Shown here: one piece after another, positions 13,629 through 26,439 of the stretch | How positions within the stretch are numbered: position 1 is the stretch's first letter | Layout: every line of letters starts with the position of its first letter | NCBI GenBank assembly: GCA_964016885.1 | Contig: OZ024751.1 | Coordinates: forward strand, 19,592,001 to 19,656,000 | Source of the DNA: Eledone cirrhosa | Taxonomy: Eukaryota | Direction of reading: 5' to 3' | DNA length: 64,000 nt | The notes under the pieces: generated by a model | The model's database searches: none | What the model was told of the DNA's origin: nothing | The model's input: the letters and a program-made list of their open reading frames with translations, nothing else | Position numbers and translations under genes: made by a program

Positions 13629-13915
13629 TTAAACACACACACACTGGAGGTGCCGTAGCCTTAATGCGTGTTTACGTATCATTAGCCACGGCATCCCCAG
13701 CCCTCCTTTCGAAGGGTGTTGACAGCAGATGGATCTCCTCACCATAGGAGCCCGCTTCTTCCAAAGAAATTGGAAGAGTGCGAGCTCCATTTTGGCGAGC
13801 GTTTCCCCTGGGCAAGGCACGACGGTCAGGCGGTAGTAGATGACGGACGCTATATAAGTGTTCGCCACCTCCGCCCGACCTTTCAGGGACAGTTTGCACT
13901 CGGGCCACTTCTGGG
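13629..13915 (-). mobile_element. L1/Tx1-clade LINE ORF2 fragment (post-RT region)
   Basis: W...LSLKGRAEVANTYIASVIYYRL...FQFLW...V...C..P.KGGLGMP motif. Confidence 0.75.
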
Positions 13916-13977
13916 TCAAAGTGACACTGTGTTAGAACAGTGAAAAGTCAAGTAAGAGGTTGTATTCACCTGTGTTT

Positions 13978-14054
<77 letters not shown>

Positions 14055-14188
14055 CATATATATATGTGTGTGTCTGTGTGTGTGTTGCTCAGCTGATTAC
14101 TACCTGGGGTATCATGTATCCGCTTCACCTTTTTTCTTTGTCCTCATCTCTATAACTTTCTCTCTCTCCTTCTCTTTCTCCCCCTCCT

Positions 14189-14237
<49 letters not shown>

Positions 14238-14239
14238 TG

Positions 14240-14274
<35 letters not shown>

Positions 14275-14278
14275 GTAC

Positions 14279-14356
<78 letters not shown>

Positions 14357-14411
14357 ATATATACATATATCTATATATACAGGTCTATCAATCTACCTCT
14401 CTCTCTCTCTC

Positions 14412-14474
<63 letters not shown>

Positions 14475-14519
14475 AAGTTAAATAAAAAGTCAAATGATTA
14501 AAATTTAGCTTCGTTTATT

Positions 14520-14576
14520 ACTGCTATATATATTTTTCGGTGACAGCCATCTTTGGCTGTGACCTCTTCAGGCAGT
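14520..14576 (-). ncRNA. Hammerhead motif at the 3' end of the minus-strand PLE remnant
   Basis: Reverse complement reads actgc-CTGAAGA-ggtcacagcc(aaagat)ggctgtcacc-GAAA-aatatata-TA-gcagt. Stem II has 9/10 pairs; stem III is degraded into an AT run. Confidence 0.6.
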
Positions 14577-15316
14577 CCGAATTAGTCTGGTAGAGACGAG
14601 TACACACGTTGTTGAGGTGTTTAACTTTGTCAATACTCTGATATGCCCAGTTCCTGGTTGTGTTGTTATTTCACTGAGGAACTGGAGTCATATGAATTTA
14701 AACAAACGAATTTCAGCGTCAAATGGCCTCTTCTCCTCTCATTGGTCAGTTGTTAGAACATTCCTCAGTCAAAAGTCTATAGAAATTCTTTCTGAGGTAT
14801 GCCAATCTGTAGTTGTTGTTCTTGTTATTGTTAGGTACATCTGACCTCTATTCTTATGTTGGTAGTGGTGTTGTTGTTGGAGTCAGCTCAAATAAAGGAT
14901 AAAGTGGTAGAAGGAATAAGATGGTAAAGGAACAAAATAAAATAAAATAATCGAATAAAATGTGTGTGTGTGTTATACCCATCTCAATGTTATAAAGATT
15001 TGTAAAGTCACTCTTCCCATTGGTCAGTTTTGAGAGCATTCCTCGGTCAAAAGTCTATAGAAATTCTTTCTGGGGTGAGGCTCCCTGTAGTGTTTGTGTT
15101 TGCTATTGTTAAGTACCTCTGACCTCTACCCTTATTTTAGTAGTGTTGTTGCTGTTGTGGTCAGCTTATGTCTTGCTGCTGCTGATATTTAGAAGTATCT
15201 GTGTGTGTGTTTCTTCATCCCTCCCGCCACCATCTCCCGTGGTGGTGGTGGGGGCTGGGGGGTTTCTGCCATGTATATGAAGAAATAGAAGGCAATAAAA
15301 TGAAGAAAACAGAAAA

Positions 15317-16063
15317 TCTATATATATAAAGCTGTGGTTGTCTGTCTGTCTATCGATTTTTAGCACACATCTCCTCTTAGAATCTCTGACGGAATTGCAC
15401 CGAAATTGCTATACTTGTACATTGAGACCTAGCGAAGACATCGGAAAAAAATATTTCAAATTGACCCACCCTATGTGACGAAATCGAATCTAATGTATCG
15501 ATTTTTGAGCGTAAGTGACGAGTTATTTCCCTTTGTTCTATATATATAAAGCTGTGGTTGTCTGTCTGTCTATCGATTTTTGGCACACATCTCCTCTTAG
15601 AATCTCTGACGGAATTGCACCGAAATTGCTATACTTGTACATTGAGCCCTAGCGAAGACATCGGAAAAAAAATATTTCAAATTGACCCACCCTATGTGAC
15701 GAAATCGAATCTAATGTATCGATTTTTGAGCGTAAGTGACGAGTTATTTCCCTTTGTTCTGTTTACATTGAGCGTCTTACGTTGTTTTTCTCTGCGTTGC
15801 AGTGTTTACATTTTCGATCTTTGTTAATAAATAACCAGTGCAGTTTTTATCCCCAGCATCCTCTTTTGTTATAACATTCGGGTTATCGTTATGTTTTCTT
15901 AACTTCATAAGGCATATTGTTGGTTGAGGGAATATTAATCAAAAACACCACATGCAAGTCTGCACAGTAGACACTACAGTTTTTAAGCCAAAAAGGAAAC
16001 TTAACATTGTAACTTTAACACAGCTACTGAGCGACCCCGAGCAACGCCGGGCTTTACTGCTAG
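15317..16063 (+). mobile_element. Non-autonomous Helitron with tandemly duplicated 5' 220 bp
   Basis: Starts A|TCTATATATATAAAGC and ends with GC hairpin cccg-agcaacgc-cggg then CTAG|T (16060-16063); AT target, no TSD. 15317-15536 is repeated from 15537. Confidence 0.85.
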
Positions 16064-17216
16064 TAAATGATAAATAGAGAATAAAGAATAAATGAAAATT
16101 TAATGAAAAAGTAATGAAAAGTGAAAATGAAAATGAAAAGTGAAAAATAAAAATGAAGATTCAAATAAAATAAAATGTGTGTGTGTTATAACCAATCTCA
16201 ACTTAAATATAAATATAGGGTGATAAAGTGAAGAAAACAGAAAACAAATAACAAATGAATAATGAAAAATCAAAAATCAAAAATCAAAAATCAAAAATCA
16301 AGTAAAATAAAAATAAAATGTGTGTGTGTGTTATAAAGATGTTGGCCAAATTATAAAGGCTGTGTCAGAATCAATCTCTAGGCTATCATGGTGTCTACTC
16401 AGCCTGGGTTGGTCCCTATGGCTTGAGGGGAATTCCCAACCTATGGTGTTGTTACTGCCCAAATATCTTGAGGGAGGTCTGGCCGAGAGGTGTCTACATG
16501 TTCTGGAGAAGTCCCTATAGCTTGAGGGGAGTTCACATCTTATTGTGTTGCTACTGTCCATATATCTTGAGGAAGGTCCCGGCCCTGAGGTGTCTGCATG
16601 TCCCGAAGAAGTCGGTGCTGAGGTTTATCAGGCGGCTTCCACCTCTTAGTATCTCGAGGGTCTCGTTCAGACATAGTTTGCATATGCCAGATCCCCCTTT
16701 ATCGGGTGGTACTTTCCTGATTATGGACCAGGCCATAGAGTACGGGGTCCTGTCCAGCTTAAGCTTCCAGATCAGGTCGGAGAGAGCCGTACTTTTCCTT
16801 TTGGCCTCCTTATTGAAGGAATGGCGATGGTTATACCCCCCCCCCCCACCCTTCTCTCCTTCCACATGGTTCTGCTGGGTGCTTGTATTGCCATCTTCTG
16901 GTCGTGTGTGGTTTTTAAGCCTACTCCTGTTGATGCTAGCTATGTGTTGGGCCAGATTTCTCGTGGTGGAATACGAGAGCTTCATAGTGTGTCTGTTGAA
17001 GATCTTGTGGTATATATGGTCCCTCGGGAAGCATTTATCAAGTGCTCCAAAGAATGATCGGGCCAAGCTGTTCTTTAGGGCCGCTGAGTAGGGTGGGTTG
17101 TACCACGTGATTTTTCTGTGTCTCCTCCTATATGGGGGGTGGTCGTGAGTATATATATATATACGTATATATATACGTATATATATATATATATATATAT
17201 ACCTATATATGTATAC

Positions 17217-17254
<38 letters not shown>

Positions 17255-17371
17255 GTATATATATATACGTGTATATATATATATATACGTAGTTAGAGAA
17301 GCAAAAAATTGCTTATTGTGATCCACTATATATACGTATATATATATATATATACGTATATATATATATAC

Positions 17372-17411
<40 letters not shown>

Positions 17412-17432
17412 GTCTATCACATACACTAATAA

Positions 17433-17467
<35 letters not shown>

Positions 17468-17546
17468 CATACACTCATAAACACACACACTATACACACA
17501 TAGATACATACACTCATAAACACACACACACACACACATATATATC

Positions 17547-17578
<32 letters not shown>

Positions 17579-17658
17579 CATATATAAGTATACATATACA
17601 TATATATATATGTATATGTAGATATATACACACATACGTATACACACACATAAACACT

Positions 17659-17692
<34 letters not shown>

Positions 17693-18728
17693 CATACATA
17701 CACACACGTGTTTACGTTACGTTTAGAAAGAAATGTGGTGAAGAAACATGATACTGCAGTAATCAGCTGAGCAACATTCACACACACACACATACACACA
17801 GTCATACACACAGTCACACACACACACACACAGTCATACACACACATAGTCATACACATGCACACAGTCATACACTCATACACACACATATATATATATA
17901 CACACACACACACACAAATGCGTAGGCTTACAACCACTTACCTGGCTTTTTAACTGTTTTCTCTCACTTATGTGTGTTTTTATACACACACACACACTCT
18001 CTCTCTAATACACACACATACACACACACTCTCTCTCTCTCTCTAACACACATACACACACTCTCTCTAACACACACACTCTCTCTCTCTCTAACACACA
18101 CACATACACACACTCTCTCTCTCTAACACACATACACACACTCTCTCTCTCTAACACACACACTCTCTCTCTCTCTAACACACACACATACACACACACT
18201 CTCTCTCTAACACACATACACACACTCTCTCTCTCTAACACACATACACACACTCTCTCTCTCTAACACACACACACATACACACACTCTCTCTCTCTAA
18301 CACACACACATACACACACACTCTCTCTCTAACACATACACATACACACACTCTCTCTCTAACACACACACATACACACACTCTCTCCCTCTCTAACACA
18401 CACACTCTCTTTCTCTCTCTAACACACACACACTCACACGCACATATATATTATATGACATATATTTAGTCTTAGGGTATTTATATATTAAAGAAAAGGG
18501 AAAGGAGGAGGGGGAGAAGAAGAAGAAGAAGAAGAAGAAGAAGAAGAAGAAGAAGAAGAAGAAGAAGACTTCTACAAGACTAGAACTGTTTCATACGAAT
18601 GAAACAGTTCTAGTCTTGTAGAAGTCATTTGCACAGAACTAGAACTAATAAATATATACAGACATTAATGTATGAGTGTGCATATATATATATGAGTGTG
18701 TGTGTGTTGGTGGGTGAGTGTGTGAGCG

Positions 18729-18759
<31 letters not shown>

Positions 18760-18799
18760 TTATATGTGTGTGTGTGTGTGTGTGTGTGCATGTGTGTGA

Positions 18800-18829
<30 letters not shown>

Positions 18830-18831
<2 letters not shown>

Positions 18832-20038
18832 CGGCGATGAATTAGTTTTGCGAGGTTTCCAAACACCCTAACAATAGACTACCTGTATTAGACACGGAAC
18901 TCTGGATTAACACTATAGACGAGAGAGCCCAAATTCTCCACTCACACTACGCTAAACCCATGGCCTCCAGATACCTGATACTCAAAAACTCAGCAATGTC
19001 CACTAGTGCTAAGTTTAATATTCTGATCGCAGACTTGGTACGAGTGATGAAGAACGTGTCCCGCATGTGCGACCCAACAGAAATGGAAAGACGCATCCAA
19101 CACTTCATCAACCGCATGCAGTTCTCTGGCTACAACCAAAGAGACAGAAGCAGGGTATACGAAGGAGCCACGGAGAAGTATAAGACCCTCATAGAACTGG
19201 ACATGAAAGGAATTTGCCCATTATACAGGAGCAAATTATGGAATAGCTTAGATAAGACTAGACATAAGATAGGGAAAGCCACTTCATGGTACGACAACCA
19301 GAGATACCAGAGTGTCATGTTTGTGGACGCTACCCCTGGAGGGAAATTAGCTAACCGGATACACTGTAAAACTAGAAATGTAGTCTATAGCATAAGATGT
19401 ACAGAGGGTACTTGCAGAAACATGACAACAACATACATAGGCGAGACAGCTCGTAGCCTAGGTGAAAGGATAGACCAACACTGGGGGGGAACTAAAAGGA
19501 CGAAAAAACGTTCAGTACTATACGAACATGCCAGACAACAACACAACGGTAACATAGACAACATAGAAATTAGAATAATATTTAAACATAGAAATGACCC
19601 AGCAGATAGGCAAATCAGAGAGACCAGCGAAATAGAACTTAGAAGGCCAAGGCTAAACAGAAAAAATGAATCGAATAACAACAACACCCAAACAAACAAT
19701 ACTGACCTAAGAGAAGTATAAATAAATAAATATATAAATATATAAATAAATAAACAGACTAAATAAAGGTGGCGTAGGCATACAATACAACAGGAGGAAA
19801 CATAATAGCACCACTGACGATGTTGCAGATGTGCAACGAAAGAACTTTGTTAGACTATATATATGTGTTTGTGTCTATATTATATCTGTAATTTTGACCG
19901 TTGGTCGGTCAATGGTAACATTGAGGCCCGAATAAATTAAATTAACCGATATAAAAGACACAGAAGCGAAAACCAGCCAAACAGTGAGTGTGTTCTGTTA
20001 TTAATTCTGGCAATATTATTACACAAATATGACCCTCC

Positions 20039-20040
<2 letters not shown>
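18830..20040 (+). mobile_element. 5'-truncated Penelope-like element: RT thumb plus GIY-YIG endonuclease (ORF 18960-19721) and 3' HHR
   Basis: In-frame upstream RLPVLDTELW...HYAKPMAS (end of RT), then CKTRNVVYSIRC...YIGETARSLGERIDQH...SVLYEHA...R.IRE...I...RP.LN (GIY-YIG). Sits between (TA)n tracts. Confidence 0.85.
19811..19850 (+). ncRNA. Minimal hammerhead motif downstream of the GIY-YIG ORF
   Basis: CTGACGA-t-gttgca(gatg)tgcaac-GAAA-gaac-T-T; stem I has decayed to ~2 bp. Confidence 0.55.
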
Positions 20041-20118
<78 letters not shown>

Positions 20119-20191
20119 GGTGTTGGATGCTTAAAGCGTCCGTATGCGGATGGCCGTTTGAGCACTCGATGTTCTCATAGAGCAGAGTATG

Positions 20192-20599
20192 ATATCACAG
20201 AAAAAAAAGAGAATCAGTGTTGCGACGAATGGAATTTATTGGACATATTACAATCGTTTCTCTGGCGACCAGCTCGAGGCACGATCGATGTGATGATCGA
20301 ACCTGACTCTGAAAATCGCAAGGTCCTCAGATACGTCTTAATTCTACGAAGCAGATTTTCCTATGTCCTTTTACATCGATATCCTTAGATCTAAATCGAC
20401 AGGCGAAGGATATCGATGTAAAAGGACATAGGAAAATCTGCTTCGTAGAATCAAGACGTATCTGAGGACCTTGCGATTTTCAGAGTCAGGTTCGATCATC
20501 ACATCGATCGTGCCTAGAGCTGGTCGCCAGAGAAACGATTGTAATATGTCCAATAAATTCCATTCGTCGCAACACTGATTCTCTTTTTTTCTGTGATAT
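20192..20599. mobile_element. ~195-bp-arm inverted repeat, each arm with an extended-stem-II hammerhead
   Basis: Arms 20192-20386 and 20406-20599 are nearly perfectly complementary with a 19-nt spacer. HHR gacgtat-CTGAGGA-(~63 nt)-GAAA-cgattg-T-A-atatgtc at 20455-20550 (+) and 20242-20337 (-). Confidence 0.75.
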
Positions 20600-20836
20600 A
20601 TATATATATATGGTATGATGGTTGGGGTAGAGCTATTGTCATTGTCATTAGGTCAACCACTTCAGTATAATGACATTGTTTTAGTAATTAATCGTTTAGA
20701 TACATAATTACTGCGCCATTAACCTCGTAAGGTTGGTACAGCTTTCTCTCTCTCTCTCCTCTCTTTCACACACACATTCACTCACTGTCATACACTCTCT
20801 CTGGAAGAAAGTGGCTGTTGCTAAACCTATAAGGGA

Positions 20837-21215
20837 GTGAACTCTCTCATGTTTAAATGCCCGAGATTCGCTGCATGTCATGATGGCGTCCCTACGTCTC
20901 CATTAGAAGTCAAGTTTTGGAAAAAAAATCTTTTGTTGTTGGATCAATGTCTTCGAACAACTGAACAGCCTGCTCGTGAAACTAACGTGCAGGTAACTCG
21001 GCATTCCACATACATAATTCTCAGGGAGATTCAGCGTGACACAGCCTGTGACAAAGCTCTCCCTTTGAATTACAGCTACAAGTTATTTTTTGCCATATGA
21101 GTGAAACGGGGCAGCGAGATATAAAGCGTCTTCCTCGTGGACACAAGGCATCCCCGGGATTCGAACTCACGTCGATAAGATCGAGAGCCGAACACCCTAA
21201 CCATTGAGACAGGCA
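20837..21215 (-). mobile_element. tRNA-derived CORE-type SINE, second family
   Basis: Reverse-complement head gcctgtctcaatggttagggtg...gagttcgaatcccgg followed by a CORE-like ttgtgtccacgaggaagacgcttta; fragment at ~39490-39850. Confidence 0.65.
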
Positions 21216-21969
21216 TATTCATCAAACCTATTTATTCAGCACTAACCAAAACAAGTTTTCCATTCTTTAATTTATTTTATTTTAATTTATATTTTTATTT
21301 TCATTTATTTATTGTTTTTGTTTTCATTTTTATTTATTTATTTATTTATTTTTATTATTTATTCATTATTATTCTATTAGAGAGTCGGGCGCCGTGCTTT
21401 GCAGCATAGAATTACGGCCCTGTACGGTCTGAGTTCAAATCTCGCCAAGCTTAACTTTGCCTTTCATCCTTACGGGGTCGGTAAAATAAAGTACCAGTAA
21501 TGCACTGGGCATTTGCTGGCCTTGTGCCAAAAGTAGAAACAATTATTATTCTATTACACCATTTGGTGTTCCATCCGATAAGCTGAGTCCAGGCTACGGC
21601 GTTTATCTAATTATTTTTTGTTTGTTTGATTGTTGTTGTTTGTTTTTTTGCCATTTCGAAGAAGAGACTTCGCATATTTTAATCCTATGTACATTAGTAT
21701 TAAAATATAAGGCTGACTTGTGATAAAACACAAAAAAAACTGGATGAGATAGTGAACTTTTTGACGTGTGCCAATATTTCGAAATATGAGTTATCCCGCA
21801 TTACTAATATTTCTTTAATTTTGTTAGAGTTATTTCCCTTGAACAGTAAAAGTAATTAATGCGTGTGTGCTTAAAAATAAATGCTTTTATTTGATTGTAC
21901 ACCGTATCTGTTTTTCAATGTGCAGGTTATATATACATAATGTATATTGGCCGAAATACACACACACAA

Positions 21970-22072
<103 letters not shown>

Positions 22073-22073
22073 T

Positions 22074-22104
<31 letters not shown>

Positions 22105-22144
22105 ACATATATACATACACACATATACACACTCTCTGCATATA

Positions 22145-22185
<41 letters not shown>

Positions 22186-22189
<4 letters not shown>

Positions 22190-22674
22190 GGTTACACAAC
22201 AGTTAGTTCACCATACCGAGAACAATTGTTTCACCTTTGCGGATCCTCAGCTCGTAAGTCCAAGCCATCACTAAGTCCAAGCCATATGCAAGGGGAAATC
22301 CATCGTGTGGACTATGTATTGATGAACGAATAAATATTCTAAAGAGATTGCGCAATAGCGATTGCCAACACTCAAGATATGAATTCTTCATACGTTGTCC
22401 ACACGTCTGGAAACACCTCTTACATAACTACAAAGCTCCGGATTGAATTACAACATCGTAATTTTCTTATCAACTAGAAACTTTCGGACTTTCGCAGTTA
22501 TCTCCCTTACACCTCTCGCATGCAATTTAGTATTGCCTGAGTGAAGTGACTACATATGCGCGTTCATACGGGTGCCCTTCCTGTTCCGTATAACCATGTC
22601 CATTACGAGCTGAGGATCCGCTAAGGTGAAACAATTGTTCTCGGTATGGTGAACTAACTTTTGTGTAACCACTT
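22186..22674. mobile_element. ~490-bp element with ~72-bp inverted ends, each containing a hammerhead
   Basis: Arms 22186-22257 and 22603-22674. HHR cgag-CTGAGGA-tcc(gctaa)ggt-GAAA-caattg-T-T-ctcg at 22606-22643 (+) and 22217-22254 (-); palindromic stem III ACAATTGT. Confidence 0.75.
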
Positions 22675-22857
22675 CTACCTAACTTGTCCCATGGACTGAG
22701 TGCTCTACCACTACGGATATTACCTTCCAGTGTTCTACCACTATATATATATATATATTTATATTATATAGCATGACCCTCCCAAAGTGTAACAATATCG
22801 GTTTCAACACACGATTTCAGATAAAGAATCTTGCTAAACAAATTCAGAAACGAAATA

Positions 22858-22904
<47 letters not shown>

Positions 22905-23237
22905 GAAAAAAAACGAGGAAGTTTCGTTTACATATAAAAAATATTTATTGCGTATCGACCTGTTACGCGCGTTTCGCAGAGGATTAGCCCAAGATGACCC
23001 ATAGGAGTTTATGGACCCGGCTCCAGTATCGATCTGCTCCACAGACTGGTGATGCGACAAAAGATATATTTTTGTTCGATACGCAACAAACGAAACTTCG
23101 TCGTTTTTTTCTTCTATTAAATACTCTCTGTCTTGGCATAGAGTGATTAATTTAGTATCAACACCACTGTTTCGCCGTACTGCCGACACTATATATATAT
23201 ATATATATCTGTGTGTGTGTGTGTCTGTGTGTGTGTC

Positions 23238-23270
<33 letters not shown>

Positions 23271-23583
23271 GGGGGGGGGGGGGTGTGTGGGTGTGGGTGG
23301 GTGTATGGGTGTGGGTGGGTGTATGGGTGTGGGTGTGTGGGTGTGGTGTGCGTGTCTGTGTGAGTGTGTGTGTCTGGATCTGTGTCCTTGTGCGTGTGTG
23401 TGTGGGTGTGGGGGTGTGGGTGTGGGTGTGGGTGGGTGTGGGTGTGGTGGGTGTGTGTATCTGTGTGTGTATGTGTGAGTCTGTATCTGTGTGTGAGTGT
23501 GTGTCTGTATCTGTGCCCTTGTGTATGTGTGTGTGTGTGTGTGTCTGTATCTGTGTGTGTATATGAGTGTGTGTGTGCCTGTA

Positions 23584-23635
<52 letters not shown>

Positions 23636-25737
23636 TGGGTGTGGGTGTGGGTGGGTGTGGGTGTGTGTGTGTGTGTGTGTGTTTGTGGGTGTGTGTGGGT
23701 GTATGGGTGTGGGTGTGTGGGTGTGGTGTGCGTGTCTGTGTGAGTGTGTGTGTGTCTGGATCTGTGTCCTTGTGCGTGTGTGTGTGTGTGTATCTGTGTG
23801 TGTATGTGTGAGTCTGTATCTGTGTGTGAGTGTGTCTGTATCTGTGCCCTTGTGTATGTGTGTGTGTGTGTGTGTGTGTCTGTATCTGTGTGTGTATATG
23901 TGAGTGTGTGTGTGCCTGTATCTGTGTGTGTGTGTGTGTGTTTGTGTGTGGGTGTGGGGGTGGGGGTGTATTGGTGTGGGTGTGTGGGTGTGGTGTGCGT
24001 GTTTGTGTGAGTGTGTGTGTGTCTGGATCTGTGTCCTTGTGCATGTGTGTGTGTGTATATCTGTGTGTGTATGTGTGAGTCTGTATCTGTGTGTGAGTGT
24101 GTGTCTGCATCTGTGCCCTTGTGTATGTGTGTGTGTGTGTGTGTGTCTGTATCTGTGTGTGTATATGTGAGTGTGTGTGTGCCTGTATCTGTGTGTGTGT
24201 GTGTATGTGTGTGTGTTTGTGTGTGGGTGTGGGTGTGGGTGGATGTGGGTGTGGGTGTGGGTGGGGGTGGGGGTGGGTGTATGGGTGTGTGTGTGTCTGT
24301 ATCTGTGTGTGTATATGTGAGTGTGTGTGTATGTGTGTGTGTGTGTCTGTATATGTGTGTGTGTGTGTGAGTATGTGTGCATGTGCGTGCGTATGGACAT
24401 ACATACATACAGACATACATACACACACACTTAGAACACATATTTGACGTTCCTCCTCCTCCCCCATTCACAAATGACGCAGTTGTGTTTTTGTGATTTA
24501 ATAGATAAACAAAATTCGTAATATATATTATATATAATTATTGTCATTGTTGTTATTGTTGTTATTGTCACGTGGTAGTCAGTTGCGGCCCTTTGCATTC
24601 CGAGCTCAAATTTCGCCTTAGTCATCTTTGACTTTCACCATTCCATTGGGGGTCGATAAATAAAGTACCAGCCATATACTGAGGGTCGATATAATCGACG
24701 TATCATTCCCACCCAAACTATCAGCTGCCCATGTGCTCCCCTTTACGTTCTGAGTTCAAATCCCGCCGAGGTTAACTTTGCCTTTCGTCCTTACGGGGGG
24801 TCGATAAAATAAAGTACCAGTAATACACTGGGGTAATTGCTGCCTTTGTGCCAAAAGTAGAAACAAAATTATTAAACTGTGTCGATGATGGTGCTGCTGT
24901 TGTTGTTGTCGGTGGTTGTGGTGGTGATAGTGGTGCGGTCGTGGTGGTGGTGGTGGTGGTGATAGTGGTGCGGTCGTGGTGGTGGTGGTGGTGGTGGTGG
25001 TGATAGTGTGGTGGTGATAGTGGTGCGGTCGTGGTGGTGGTGGTGGTGGTGGTGGTGATAGTGTGGTGGTGATAGTGGTGCGGTCGTGGTGGTGGTGGTG
25101 GTGGTGGTGGTGATAGTGTGGTGGTGATGGTGGTGGTGGTTGTGGTGGTGATAGTGGTTGCGGTGGTGGTGGTGGTGGTGGTGGTGGTGGTGGTGGTGGT
25201 GGTGGTGGTGTGGTGGTGATGGTGGTGGTTGTGGTGGTGATAGTGGTTGCGGTGGTGGTGGTGGTGGTGGTGGTGGTGGTGGGTGTGATGGTGATAGTGG
25301 TTGCGGTGGTGGTGGTGGTGGTGGTGGTGGTGGTGGGTGTGATGGTGATAGTGGTTGTGCAGGTGGTAGTGGTGGTGGTGGTGGTGGTGGTGGTGGTGAT
25401 GGTGGTGGGCGTGATGGTGATAGTGGTTGTGGTGGTGATAGTGGTGCGGTGGTGGTGGTGGTGGTGGTGATAGTGTGGTGGTGATGGTGGTGGTTGTGGT
25501 GGTGATAGTGGTTGCGGTGGTGGTGGTGGTGGTGGTGTGGTGGTGATGGTGGTGGTGGTTGTGGTGGTGATAGTGGTTGCGGTGGTGGTGGTGGTGGTGG
25601 GTGTGATGGTGATAGTGGTTGTGCAGGTGGTAGTGGTGGTGGTGGTGGTGGTGGTGGTGATGGTGGTGGGCGTGATGGTGATAGTGGTTGTGCAGGTGGT
25701 AGTGGTGGTGGTACTTGTGGTTGTGGACCTGTTGATG

Positions 25738-25770
<33 letters not shown>

Positions 25771-26039
25771 AGTATTTAGTCCAAGGTTTGGCTATATTGA
25801 AACAAGATATATAAGTCTATTAGTTGGTTAGTGAACTAAGTTGAAGGTAGTAGGTCGCTGGTATATATGTATATAAGTATATATGTATATAAGTATATAT
25901 GTATAAGTATATATGTATATAAGTATATATATATAAGTATATATGTATATAAGTATATATGAGGGCGGTGTTTATGTTTACTTCCTGTTCTTTCCTTGTT
26001 TACTGCCATACTGCCAGAATGTATGAGTGCGTGTGGATG

Positions 26040-26084
<45 letters not shown>

Positions 26085-26143
26085 TTTTATCTATGTGTAG
26101 ATTTATAAATGTGTGTGTGTATATGTGAGTATTTGTAGGTATG

Positions 26144-26184
<41 letters not shown>

Positions 26185-26439
26185 GAAAAGTGGAGAATAA
26201 CGTGGTCAACAGTACAAAAAAGGGGATTTATTTGCAGTCTAACAATAATAATAAGTAACATAATAATAAGTATTCACAACCTCTAATTGGATTACCTATA
26301 ACGATATTTTGTTATCCTTTTGCGATGAAATACCAATGATCGTTGGCAAATCACTGATGAGGGACTCATTTTATAACATGTTATCCATGTGCAACCATGC
26401 AGTATTCTTCTCCCCATATTTTTCATATATATATATATA

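Larger units (their letters stand above)
14470..17150 (-). mobile_element. Penelope-like element remnant (Naiad-like C-terminus, 3' repeats, terminal HHR), interrupted by a Helitron
   Basis: The frame extending ORF 16551-17066 upstream reads [11 protein letters not shown]...[29 protein letters not shown]...[12 protein letters not shown]...CKLCLNE...CRH, motifs I recognise from PLE linker/endonuclease C-termini; the GIY-YIG core seems deleted. ~99-bp direct repeats at ~16410-16610 and direct repeats at ~14740 and ~15018. Confidence 0.7.

Noticed and set aside
22764-25814. Long HT/CV/Gly/Val-rich ORFs (up to 567 aa)
   Set aside because: Open in several frames on both strands because (GT)n and (GGT)n lack stop codons.
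26340-26375. CTGATGAG motif (also CTGAAGA at ~33143 and CTGACGA at ~48292)
   Set aside because: No properly placed GAAA and/or no stem I pairing, so not counted as hammerheads.
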